A stretch of DNA of 64,000 nucleotides. It comes from Diplonema japonicum (taxonomy: Eukaryota > Protista > Euglenozoa: Diplonemea). Of this stretch, positions 42,210 to 52,100 are shown in pieces (the stretch's first letter is position 1; each line of letters starts with the position of its first letter). A program made the position numbers and the translations under genes. The stretch covers positions 248,001 through 312,000 of the forward strand of contig OZ025705.1 in assembly GCA_964019335.1 (NCBI GenBank). Reading direction: 5' to 3'. The notes beneath the pieces were generated by a model. That model was not told where the DNA came from and did not search any database. It worked only from the letters and a program-made list of their open reading frames with translations.

Positions 42210-43222
42210 GTTGTTTAAAGGTTGTTTGTGTTGTGTGGCCCTTTTTGTTGTCTTATTTTGGAAAGAAGAACGATTCATAGAAAACACAAAATATAAACGG
42301 ATTCATTTTTCTCTTTTCCTTCCCCCTTCCTGTCCCTGACGGCGCCAAAGGATATTCAACGGCCTGAGAGGTCGTCCGAAGGTTCAGAAGGGGGAAAGGA
42401 GAAAGGGAGAGAGGGAGGGAAAGTTTAAAAAAGTCGATGCAAACTCCGCGCGAGAGCCGCAGGCCAAAAAAAAAAAAAAAAAAAAAAAAAAGAAAGAATA
42501 AGAAAAGTCGGAGTGTATATTTTCTTAGAAAAGGGGGCCTTCTTGTCGAGTGCATGCTGGTCACACCACAAAAAAAAAGGTCTGTTTTATTTTTTTTTTT
42601 TTTCATTTTTCAAAAATAGAAAAAAGCCGCCATTTCCACGTAAAAACGATTTTCGCCTTTCATAAAAGGAAGCAGGGAAGACAGACAGAGGCAACAACCC
42701 GTTGCCGTCTGTTGTCGTGTTAAGGAAGAAAGAAATTGAAAACAAAAAAAGATAATAAAAGAAAAGAGAATTTAAAAAAAAAAAAAAGCAATCGAGGGAG
42801 AAGAATACCAGAGGGGGGGGGGGGGGGGGGGTTGAGCAAAAGACGATTGTCACAAAAGGGAAAAGAGAAAGGGTCACACATCATGGGTGAGACAGAAAAA
42901 AAAGAAGGGAAGCCAAAAAAATAAAATAAAATAAAAGAAAGTGATGAAGGAAAGCAGCTGTCCCCTGGGAATACGGGTCCACAGGGAGGAGAACACAGAC
43001 ATGTTGCGTAGCGAAAGACAAAGGCGTGACTCAGAGTCACGAAAGGTCACCCTCGCCTCACATTGCTGTGCCTCTTCAGATGGTGTGGTTCATTTGTTTT
43101 GTTTTATTTATTTTTTTGTTTTTCCTTTTAAAAAACTTTTGGCTTGTCATCCTTCATTTTTTTTTTCTTCTCATTTCTTCAATCCTCGTTTCATTTTAAC
43201 ATTTTTAGTTTTTTTTTTTCCA

Positions 43223-44137
43223 TCACCCGATGAGCTTGCACTGAGAGGCAACGTCGCAAGTCACCCTGCACTGGGCGTACCACTGGCTCTGCTGGTAGCA
43301 ACGGCTCGGTGCCTCACAGCAAGAGGGTGACGACAGGCAGCTTCCCCACTCCGCGATCTTGGGACCAGAGCAGGTGCCCGCAGGAGAAGGCGGGTTCGTG
43401 GGGACAGGTGTGGGAACAGGGGTCGACACGGGAACAGTGGACCCACCTGCTGGGGTGGGTGTGGGTGTGGGGGTGGGTGCAGGTGTGGGAACAGGTGTCA
43501 CGGTGGTGGTACTGCCACCGTTTCCATTGCCACTGCTGCTGCCACCATTACCACCACCAAAGTTGTTGCTGGCACCGTTGAAGTCAAGGTCGATGGCGTT
43601 GTAGAAGCTGGCAGAGGTGTCACCGACATCCCAGACTGCAAGGACCACGTGGTAGCCGCTCCTGGTCGGGACCGTGCAGGAGTGGGTCACCCCAGAGAGA
43701 GGAGGCTGCTACATCTCCCCGTCCACCGTGCAGAAGGGGGTCCCCTCCAAGGTCTCCCTCCCGAGAGGGTCCACCCCGTTCCACCCTTCCTTCGTGATGA
43801 AGTACCTCCAGTCCCGCGTCACGTGGTTCGCCCTGAAGGCCCACGTGAAGTCCATCGCCCCGCTGCTCACAGAGGTCTTCGCCCACCTCGTCGTCGACTG
43901 CTCGTTCAGGGGCGCCCAGGTGTCCACCCCGGCCGCAGCCACCGTCCCGTCCGCAGGGCCCGTCTCGGGGTACCGGTCCTTCCCCTCCACGCTCTGCGGC
44001 TCGTACTGCACCGCCCCGCAGTTCGTGTTCCTCTTCTGGTTGCACGACCAGCTCCTCGACGACGGGGTCACCACGTAGCCGTGCCCCTGTGCTGAGGCGA
44101 ACAGGGCGGTCACGCAGACAACAGAGCGCAGCATCAT
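43223..44137 (-). pseudogene. AA10 LPMO + Pro/Thr linker + CBM1-like module with one in-frame TAG (43711-43709); pseudogene or read-through candidate
   Basis: Colinear with the intact copy at 46686-47678; ATG-TAG-CAG here versus ATG-CAG-CAG there; frame otherwise intact (305 codons). Confidence 0.85.
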
Positions 44138-44571
44138 TTCTTTGTTGTTGTTTTTTTTTTTTTTTAAAGTGTTTTGGGGTTACAAAAACCTGGGTGCGTT
44201 GAGAGGTGGTTTTGTTAGATGGAAGTGTGTCTCGAGAGAAAAGAAAGAAGAAAGGAAAAAAAGGAACAGCAAGGTCGCATCCAGCATTCTAGAAAAGGAA
44301 AAGAACACCAACACAAACAGAAGTGGTATGAAGGATACTTCTGCATCAAAAATACTATTGCATCAAGGGTGGACCAATATCCACCGCTCGACATTCGTAC
44401 CTTTGCACCCATAATGGACCAGCTAGAGATGAATAGGGTGGAAGATAGAGAAGGCCGTCTTTGGAGACCACATGAAAGGATGAAACAATCACGATCACGA
44501 TTTGTGGTGGTGACGACGAACATTCGGATATATTAATTATTATTATTATCATTATTTTCCCCTTCACACAT

Positions 44572-44880
44572 TCAAAGCTTTGTCGCGACCACAGCCTTGA
44601 TCTTCCCATCCTCAATGGTGAAGGTTTCCTTCGCCTTCAGTGTGAGGAGCAGCATCTTCGCCTTCATCGTGCGGGTGAACTGCTTCCCGTCGGCGGACGC
44701 TTCGGGCTCCGAATGCCCGTAGAAGTCAGGCATGTCACTCAGAAGCTGCTTCCTCAAGGCCCCCTTCCCATTCGCCTCAAACTTCGGGTTCTTGAAGTGC
44801 ACGTCTTCCGTCATCAAGCTCAGCATCCCGTCAACGTCCTTCGACTTCGTGAACTTCGTGTACTGCGCGATAACCTCCAT
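44572..44880 (-). CDS. SnoaL/NTF2-fold protein, copy 2
   Basis: Identical to copy 1. Confidence 0.7.
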   Translation of the reverse strand: MEVIAQYTKFTKSKDVDGMLSLMTEDVHFKNPKFEANGKGALRKQLLSDMPDFYGHSEPEASADGKQFTRTMKAKMLLLTLKAKETFTIEDGKIKAVVATKL

Positions 44881-45244
44881 GTTTGCGATTGGTGTTTGTG
44901 GGGCTGCAGATGGGGGTGGGGGGGTTTGCATTTAAAGAATGCTTTTGCTGCCAAAAAATAAAATAAATCAATAAAAGTAAAACCAGGGGGGGGGGGGGTA
45001 AGTACCTCACTCTTGCTTGTGACGAGGGGGACAGGGTGGGTGGGGGGTTAGAAACTATATAAAAAGAGGGCTGCAAAAGCCGTAGCTGTTGCTATCCACT
45101 CTTTCTCTTGTTTCAAAATCAAAGATAAGTTTAAAGACGGGGGAAGAGGAGGGACTCTTTCCTCCTCGAAAAAAACAACTTTTTTATCTACAATTGCGGG
45201 GGGGGGGGGGGGGATAAAGAAAAATAAAAGGGCACAGAGAGGGC

Positions 45245-45523
45245 TTATTTCCCAGGGAACTGAGCGTTCTTCTGCTGCTCAAGGAGTTCCTGGAACTTCT
45301 GCTTGAAGTGAGCGGAGTGGTCCCTCATCTTCTTGTTGAACTTGTCGGTGTGCTCCTTGATCATCTTCTCGAACTTGTCGTAGTGCTCCTTCATCTCAGG
45401 CGACAGGGTCGACTCGTCGGGCTTGTCCGCGAAGAACTTCTTGTTCTGCTCCTCCATCTTCTTGCTGAACTCGGCATCGAGGCGGTCGAGTTTGTCGCTG
45501 AACTCCTGGTACGTGGTGCACAT
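45245..45523 (-). CDS. KMP11: KMP-11 copy 3
   Basis: Identical protein. Confidence 0.97.
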   Translation of the reverse strand: MCTTYQEFSDKLDRLDAEFSKKMEEQNKKFFADKPDESTLSPEMKEHYDKFEKMIKEHTDKFNKKMRDHSAHFKQKFQELLEQQKNAQFPGK

Positions 45524-45528
45524 CTTTT

Positions 45529-45568
<40 letters not shown>

Positions 45569-46685
45569 GTTGTTTAAAGGTTGTTTGTGTTGTGTGGCCC
45601 TTTTTGTTGTCTTATTTTGGAAAGAAGAACGATTCATAGAAAACACAAAATATAAACGGATTCATTTTTCTCTTTTCCTTCCCCCTTCCTGTCCCTGACG
45701 GCGCCAAAGGATATTCAACGGCCTGAGAGGTCGTCCGAAGGTTCAGAAGGGGGAAAGGAGAAAGGGAGAGAGGGAGGGAAAGTTTAAAAAAGTCGATGCA
45801 AACTCCGCGCGAGAGCCGCAGGCCAAAAAAAAAAAAAAAAAAAAAAAAAAAGAAAGAATAAGAAAAGTCGGAGTGTATATTTTCTTAGAAAAGGGGGCCT
45901 TCTTGTCGAGTGCATGCTGGTCACACCACAAAAAAAAAGGTTCAGAAGGGGGAAAGGAGAAAGGGAGAGAGGGAGGAAGGGAGGGGAAAGTATAAAAAAG
46001 AAGACTTGAACTGTATATTCTTAAAAGGGTACCTTCGTCCAGTGCAATGCAGGTCTGCACGCAACCACAAAAGAAGGTCACCCTCTTATTTGTTCTTTTT
46101 TTAAAGCCGCCACTTCCACGTAAAGACGATTATCACCTTTCATAAAAGGAAGCAGGGAAGACAGACAGAGGCAACAACCCGTTGCCGTCTGTTGTCGTGT
46201 TAAGGAAGAAGTGAAACTTGAAACAAACAAAAGGGGAAAACCATTTAAGGGTATCTGCGGTATGTCGCAGAAGGCTTAAATAATAAAGGTAAAAAAAAAA
46301 GGGAAACAAACGAGAGAGAAGATATGTCAGAGGAGGGGTTGTGTTTGGTTTTAAACAAAAGAAAAATACGATTGCCACAAAGGGGAGAAGGGAAAGGGGG
46401 CACATCAAACAAGAATCGTTGTGAAAGAAGAAGGAGAAAAAAAAAGAAAGAGGAAAGCATCATATGTGGGTCCACAGCGAAGAGAACACACAGACAGGTA
46501 AGCAGAGAGGTGGCGTGACTCGGAGTCACGAAAGGCCCACGCCTTTGCTTGATTTCTTGTGGTTCTCTTCTTGGTTGCCATCCTTTCTTTTTTTTCCCTT
46601 CGATTTCGGTTCATTTTAATGTTTGTTTTTTTTCTTGTTTGTTTGTTTCTTTTTCTTGTTTTTTTTTGCCAGCTCCTCAGCACCA

Positions 46686-47678
46686 TCACCCGATGAGCTT
46701 GCACTGAGAGGCAACGTCGCACTTCACCCTGCACTGGGCGTACCACTGGCTCTGCTGGTAGCAACGGCTCGGTGCCTCACAGCAAGAGGGTGACGACAGG
46801 CAGCTTCCCCACTCCGCGATCTTGGGACCAGAGCAGGTGCCCGCGGGAGGGGGCAGGTTCGTGGGGACGGTTGCGGTGGTGGTACTGCTGCCGCTGTTGC
46901 TGCTGCTGGTGGTGGTGGTACTGCCACCACTGCTGCTGCTGCTGCTGCCACTGCTGGTGGTGGTGGTACTGCCACCAGTGTTGCTGCTGCTGCTGCTGGT
47001 ACTACCACCACCACTGCTGCTGCTGGTACTGCCACTGCTGGTGGTGGTGGTGGTACTGCCACCACTGTTGCTGCTGCTGCTGCCACCATTACCACTACCA
47101 AAGTTGTTGCTGGCACCGTTGAAGTCAAGGTCGATGGCGTTGTAGAAGCTGGCAGAGGTGTCACCGACATCCCAGACTGCAAGGACCACGTGGTAGCCGC
47201 TCCTGGTCGGGACCGTGCAGGAGTGGGTCACCCCAGAGAGAGGAGGCTGCTGCATCTCCCCGTCCACCGTGCAGAAGGGGGTCCCCTCCAAGGTCTCCCT
47301 CCCGAGAGGGTCCACCCCGTTCCACCCTTCCTTCGTGATGAAGTACCTCCAGTCCCGCGTCACGTGGTTCGCCCTGAAGGCCCACGTGAAGTCCATCGCC
47401 CCGCTGCTCACAGAGGTCTTCGCCCACCTCGTCGTCGACTGCTCGTTCAGGGGCGCCCAGTTGTCCTTCCCAGCAGCAGCCACCGTCCCGTCCGCAGGGC
47501 CCGTCTCGGGGTACCGGTCCTCCCCCTCCACGCTCTGCGGCTCGTACTGCACCGCCCCGCAGTTCGTGTTCCTCTTCTGGTTGCACGACCAGCTCCTCGA
47601 CGACGGGGTCACCACGTAGCCGTGCCCCTGTGCTGAGGCGAACAGGGCGGTCACGCAGACAACAGAGCGCAGCATCAT
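46686..47678 (-). CDS. Lytic polysaccharide monooxygenase, family AA10 (CBP21/GbpA-like) + Ser/Thr linker + 8-Cys CBM1-like module (330 aa)
   Basis: Signal peptide cleaving before His1 (AQG|HGYV), YEPQSVEG, GPADG, second His in [30 protein letters not shown] with the axial Phe. Confidence 0.95.
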   Translation of the reverse strand: MMLRSVVCVTALFASAQGHGYVVTPSSRSWSCNQKRNTNCGAVQYEPQSVEGEDRYPETGPADGTVAAAGKDNWAPLNEQSTTRWAKTSVSSGAMDFTWAFRANHVTRDWRYFITKEGWNGVDPLGRETLEGTPFCTVDGEMQQPPLSGVTHSCTVPTRSGYHVVLAVWDVGDTSASFYNAIDLDFNGASNNFGSGNGGSSSSNSGGSTTTTTSSGSTSSSSGGGSTSSSSSNTGGSTTTTSSGSSSSSSGGSTTTTSSSNSGSSTTTATVPTNLPPPAGTCSGPKIAEWGSCLSSPSCCEAPSRCYQQSQWYAQCRVKCDVASQCKLIG

Positions 47679-48370
47679 TTCTTTGTTGTTGTTTTTTTTT
47701 TTTTTTAAAGTGTTTTGGGGTTACAAAAACCTGGGTGCGTTGAGGTGGATAGGAAAGGAGAAGGAATAAAAGGAAATAAAGAAGCCCCTCCCTCAATTCT
47801 GTACCAAAGCAAAGGAGCAAAATACAGAAAGGGGGTGAGATAGGGGGTGAGTGAAGAAAAAAAGAGAACATCTTCAACATCAGCAGCTTTTCTCTTTCGT
47901 TCTTTTTATTTTATTTTTTTTCGGACAAGAACTGTAGCAAATGGCTAAGAGGAGAAGGGGAAGAAGAAAAAGTTGGTGGTTGATGCACACCAACCAAGTT
48001 AGGGAGAAGCCAAAAGCAAAAACAAAAACAAAAGGAGTATGCTGCACACCTTGGAGGAAGAAATAAATATTTCAAAAAAAAGAAGAAGAAACCCCATTGA
48101 TCTTCCAGGATAGCCTGTGGAAGTATGGAACCAAATGAAATGAAATGAAGACCCTCCAGCGCACACACATATCGGAAAAAAATAAGAAAATCAAAAAACG
48201 GAGAGAAATAAAAGAGCGAAAGAAAGAAAGGAAGGAAAAAACCCCCAACAAAGATAGTGGGGAAGAACTTGGTGTTTTTGAGATTTAAGATTTAGTGACT
48301 CATCGGAAATTTAAACATCACACAAAAGAGAAGCGAAAAAGAAGTGTTTTATTTTTCTTTTTTTTTCATT

Positions 48371-49117
48371 TTATTGTTTGAGGAGGATGTCAGAGCAGCC
48401 CTGCTGCTTGCAGACCTCTTCCAGATTGGAGGCGTTGCTCTCGCAGGAGAGACCCTTTGCATGCATCCTGCCCAGAACAGTCGACTCGGAGAGGTAGAAG
48501 TTCGCGAAGGGTGTCATGAAGTCCTCGGAGATGCTCTTCTCGCAGAGCCCCGTCTTCATGAGGGCTGCCCGCCAGTTTTGCACCTTCGGGTAGCCGTGAG
48601 CAAAGTCGTAGCCGGTCTTCTCCTTGATGATCTGTGTTCGGTGCAGCAAAGGAAGCCAGGTCATGTCCACTGTGCTCACGGTGTCGCTGTTGAAGAACTC
48701 CGCCCCCCCAAGCACCTTCTCCACCTTCGCAAAGGCCGTCGCTATCTTCATCGTCCGCTCCCTCAACGTCTCCCCGTCACTGCTGGACTGCGCCCCGCAC
48801 TGCGGCATGTAGTTCTTGCTCCCGAGGTACCCCCAAGCCCTGTTCTGCGCCCTCTGCACGAGGCTCAGGTCCGGCTGCAGGGCAGGGTAAGCCTCCTCGA
48901 TGTACTCCGCGATCGCCTCCGACTCGAACAGCACCTCCTCCTTCTCGGTCACAAGCAGCGGCACCTGCCCGTTGGGCGAGATGTCCAAAAACCACTGCGG
49001 CTTCTCCTTCAGGTTGATGTACTCCACAACGTAAGGGGTCTTCTTCGCCTCCAGCAGGGCCGTGATCCGCTGAACGAAGGGGCAGATCTTGAAGCTGATC
49101 ACTTTTAACACCGGCAT
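48371..49117 (-). CDS. Glutathione S-transferase with catalytic Cys (omega/DHAR-like)
   Basis: ICPFVQR, KPQWFLDISPNGQVP, LFESEAIAEYI, N-capping STVD motif. Confidence 0.92.
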   Translation of the reverse strand: MPVLKVISFKICPFVQRITALLEAKKTPYVVEYINLKEKPQWFLDISPNGQVPLLVTEKEEVLFESEAIAEYIEEAYPALQPDLSLVQRAQNRAWGYLGSKNYMPQCGAQSSSDGETLRERTMKIATAFAKVEKVLGGAEFFNSDTVSTVDMTWLPLLHRTQIIKEKTGYDFAHGYPKVQNWRAALMKTGLCEKSISEDFMTPFANFYLSESTVLGRMHAKGLSCESNASNLEEVCKQQGCSDILLKQ

Positions 49118-50384
49118 TTTGCTTCTTTTTTTTTTTGTTTGTTTTTTGTTTTTCTTTTTTTATGGTGGTCTACTTTAAAGAACGTTTCCCATTAGGATAT
49201 AGTTTGTTGTGTTTTGCAGGTAAGCGGTACTCATAATCCCACTTAGGGCCACTCTTGCGAGAAAGAAACCCTAAGGTCATTGACCGACGAATTCGAAAGC
49301 AAGCTTCTAATATCCTAAATTCCTGGTTCAAGACGTGCTTCCTTTTTCTTCGGAAAGAATGCTGTTGACGGGTGGCTGGGGAGACGGCGTTAGCTGCATG
49401 AAAAAAAGCGAGTGTGGGGAATAAAATAGAAACAAGTAAAAGCGTTAAAAATCGAGAGAAAGGGAGAAGGAGGAGGAGGAGGAGAAGAAAAAGAAAATTG
49501 TACCAAAGAAGAGAGGCGGGGTTGTGACTTTCAAACAATATCCTTTATTAGAACGTTACAACCCCTCTTCTTGTTGTACGTACTCTTATTTTTTTTCTTC
49601 GACCCGGGGAGAATCGCCTGAAAGGGCAGTCCAAGCTACACCTGAACCTGCCCAAAACGGGAAAAAAGTGGATCAAAACGCGGTTAGGCGGTAGTGTTAG
49701 AAAAAAAAGTTTATTTTTGGTTTTTCCATTCTCTCTTTTTTTGATGTTTCCGTGTTTTTTTTTTTTTTTTTTTCTTCTTCTTTGGTCTTACGCTCAAACA
49801 AGGGATGAAGATGATAAGGCGGACCTTCATTGCTCTTGCTCGGCACAAAGAAAAGGAAAAAAAAGAAAACAAGGGAAGTAGAGAAGGAGAAGACTACCAT
49901 TTACCTATTATACATGCAGTAGAAAATTTTGGTATTGCAGTGCCTGCCACATGTGTTGTTGATTTGACAAGAGCCTAACGAATACTAGATAAAAGCAACA
50001 AAAGAAAAAGCAGGAAAGAGGGGGAAAATGCAAGAGGAAAGCAAAGACACCAATAACAGAGAAGGTAGAGGTATGTGTAGGTATCCAGCAACTCTTTTTT
50101 TTTTTTTTTTTTTTTTTCCATCTTTTCCTTGTTTTTTTCTCTAGTTTAACAGTGAACCGATTCTCGATCTCACAAAAAAAAAAAAAAAGAAAAAAAAAAA
50201 AAAAAAGAGAGGGAAGGAAATATGTAGTGAAACAAAGGAGCCTTTTCCCAAAAGAGCACGTGACAAACGTGTCAGGGTCTGTGAGGGACGCTCCTGAAAG
50301 AAAGGAAATGTTTAGGGCAATTTCACATGTTACACAAACGCAACGGGGCCACCCCCCTCTTGTTCGTCGCGTTGTGCCAGCAGT

Positions 50385-51869
50385 CTAGTTGCTGATCCTC
50401 TCGCACCCCTCTGCATTGTTGCAAGCAGGCAGGCACCTAGCCCAAAACTGGCTTTCTTTGTAGCACGACAGACCAGCCACACAGCAGTTCGGTTTCGAGA
50501 GGCATCCTTCCCACTGATTAAACCTGGTAGCACAGCTAGTAGAGGTGACTGGAACAGGCTCGGGTGTCGGGACAGGAGTTGGGACAGGGGTTGGGACAGG
50601 AGTGGGAACAGGGGTCTCCTCCATAGTGGTGTCCTCGGGAGCAGCATTGCTACCATTGTTGTTGCTGTTCTTGTTGTTGGCGCTGCACCCCCTGGCAGGG
50701 CTGACGGAGGCACTGACCGCCTGGGACCAGGCCCCGTTGGTGTCGTGAAGAGCGACCCAGAAGAAGGCCCCCCCGTTGCAGGGGTACTCCTTGTTCAGGT
50801 CATTCATCACGCTGACAGCCCGCTGCGCGTTGCTGTTGGAGTTGGTCCCCCCGCAGTCGCTGATGCAGAAGCCGAAGACGATCCTCGTCGGGTCGTTCCC
50901 GAGCACATCCGTCACAAGGGTCTTGAGGTGCGCCAGGGCGGGGGTGGTTCCCCCGTTGATCCCGTCCCTGTTGGGGGTCGTGATCCCGTTGTAGTACTGC
51001 GGCATGAGGAAGTCCACGGAGCTTGCTGTCTCCTTGATGACGTTGTAGTAGCCTCTCCCCTGCACGAGGTCGACGTCGATCGGGGTGTGCGTCACGATGT
51101 TGGCCCCAACGGCGAGCTTCTGCTTCAGCCCGACAGTCACCTCCTTCAAAAAGGCCTGCGCCTGTGCCCCCTTCGCGAAGGGGGACCCGTTGTGCCCGTC
51201 CTCGTAGTAGTACTCGTAGTCGATGTCCACCCCGTCGAAGCCCTGGTCCCGCGAGATGTCCACCAGTTGCTGGATCACGAAGTCCTCCTTCCCGTAGCAG
51301 TACTCCCAGCAGTCGTTCTTCCCGTCCCAGTGGCCCCCCATCCCGGCCCCGCCGAAGGACAGGATCACCTTCTTCCCAGCCGCACGCCACTTCTGCACCA
51401 GGGCGGGCTGCGGGGCGTTCTCGCACACCGGCACGGGCGTCGAGATCACGCACTGCTGGTTGCAGGTGTTCTTCGTGGGGTTATACGTGTAGGTCACCGC
51501 GAAGGACACGAGGACGTGTGTGTAGGAGCTCATCTGTGCGTCGGTGGGGCACGTCTGCCAGTTCCCGACGAAGGCCACCATCCTGTTGTCGTCGGAGGCC
51601 TGCGCAGAGGGGCCGGGCTGAGTGGCAGGCGGGGCCGGCTGCGAGGGTGTGGTCGGTGTTGTGGGTGCCATGCCCCCCCTTGTGGGGCACCATGTCGCAC
51701 CGTTTGCTGCGCACGTGCTGGCGCTGCCACCGCCTGCATAGCAGGGCTCCGCCCACTCTGGCTTGAAGCACGGTGCACCCATGTCGATGCAGCGCTGGCA
51801 CTGTGCAGCCGTCTGCCCAGAGGCACTCGCCGCGAGCAGCAGCACCAACCCGAACGCCTTCAGTGTCAT
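50385..51869 (-). CDS. Secreted GH18 chitinase with N-terminal 6-Cys module and C-terminal 8-Cys CBM1-like module (494 aa)
   Basis: Signal peptide; KVILSFGG and intact catalytic motif FDGVDIDYE; MPQYYN; Pro/Thr linkers. Confidence 0.95.
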   Translation of the reverse strand: MTLKAFGLVLLLAASASGQTAAQCQRCIDMGAPCFKPEWAEPCYAGGGSASTCAANGATWCPTRGGMAPTTPTTPSQPAPPATQPGPSAQASDDNRMVAFVGNWQTCPTDAQMSSYTHVLVSFAVTYTYNPTKNTCNQQCVISTPVPVCENAPQPALVQKWRAAGKKVILSFGGAGMGGHWDGKNDCWEYCYGKEDFVIQQLVDISRDQGFDGVDIDYEYYYEDGHNGSPFAKGAQAQAFLKEVTVGLKQKLAVGANIVTHTPIDVDLVQGRGYYNVIKETASSVDFLMPQYYNGITTPNRDGINGGTTPALAHLKTLVTDVLGNDPTRIVFGFCISDCGGTNSNSNAQRAVSVMNDLNKEYPCNGGAFFWVALHDTNGAWSQAVSASVSPARGCSANNKNSNNNGSNAAPEDTTMEETPVPTPVPTPVPTPVPTPEPVPVTSTSCATRFNQWEGCLSKPNCCVAGLSCYKESQFWARCLPACNNAEGCERISN

Positions 51870-51962
51870 CTTGTTGTGTGTTTACAAACTATGTGTTAAT
51901 GTGTATTTTTGTGGTTTGTTGTTCATATTTATAATACTCTGAGAAGGAGAACACAGTGCAAA

Positions 51963-52040
51963 TAGACCGCCGCGAGGCGTTTCCCGAGGTTGCTGAGGAA
52001 GAGGTGTTCTTCCTCCACAAGGAGCGTGAGGACCATCGCA
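51963..52040 (-). pseudogene. Short relic of the LVIVD-repeat gene
   Basis: Translates AMVLTLLVEEEHLFLSNLGK versus AMVLALLVEGDHLFLSGLGK in 36790-39486. Confidence 0.75.
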
Positions 52041-52100
52041 GCATACGGCTGCACCTCAAAAAAAAAGGGGGGGGGGAATAATTGAGCGATGCCATAGTGT

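Noticed and set aside
43709-43711. Genome-wide TAG-to-Gln reassignment
   Set aside because: Tubulin, cathepsin and GH18 terminate at TAG at their expected C-termini.
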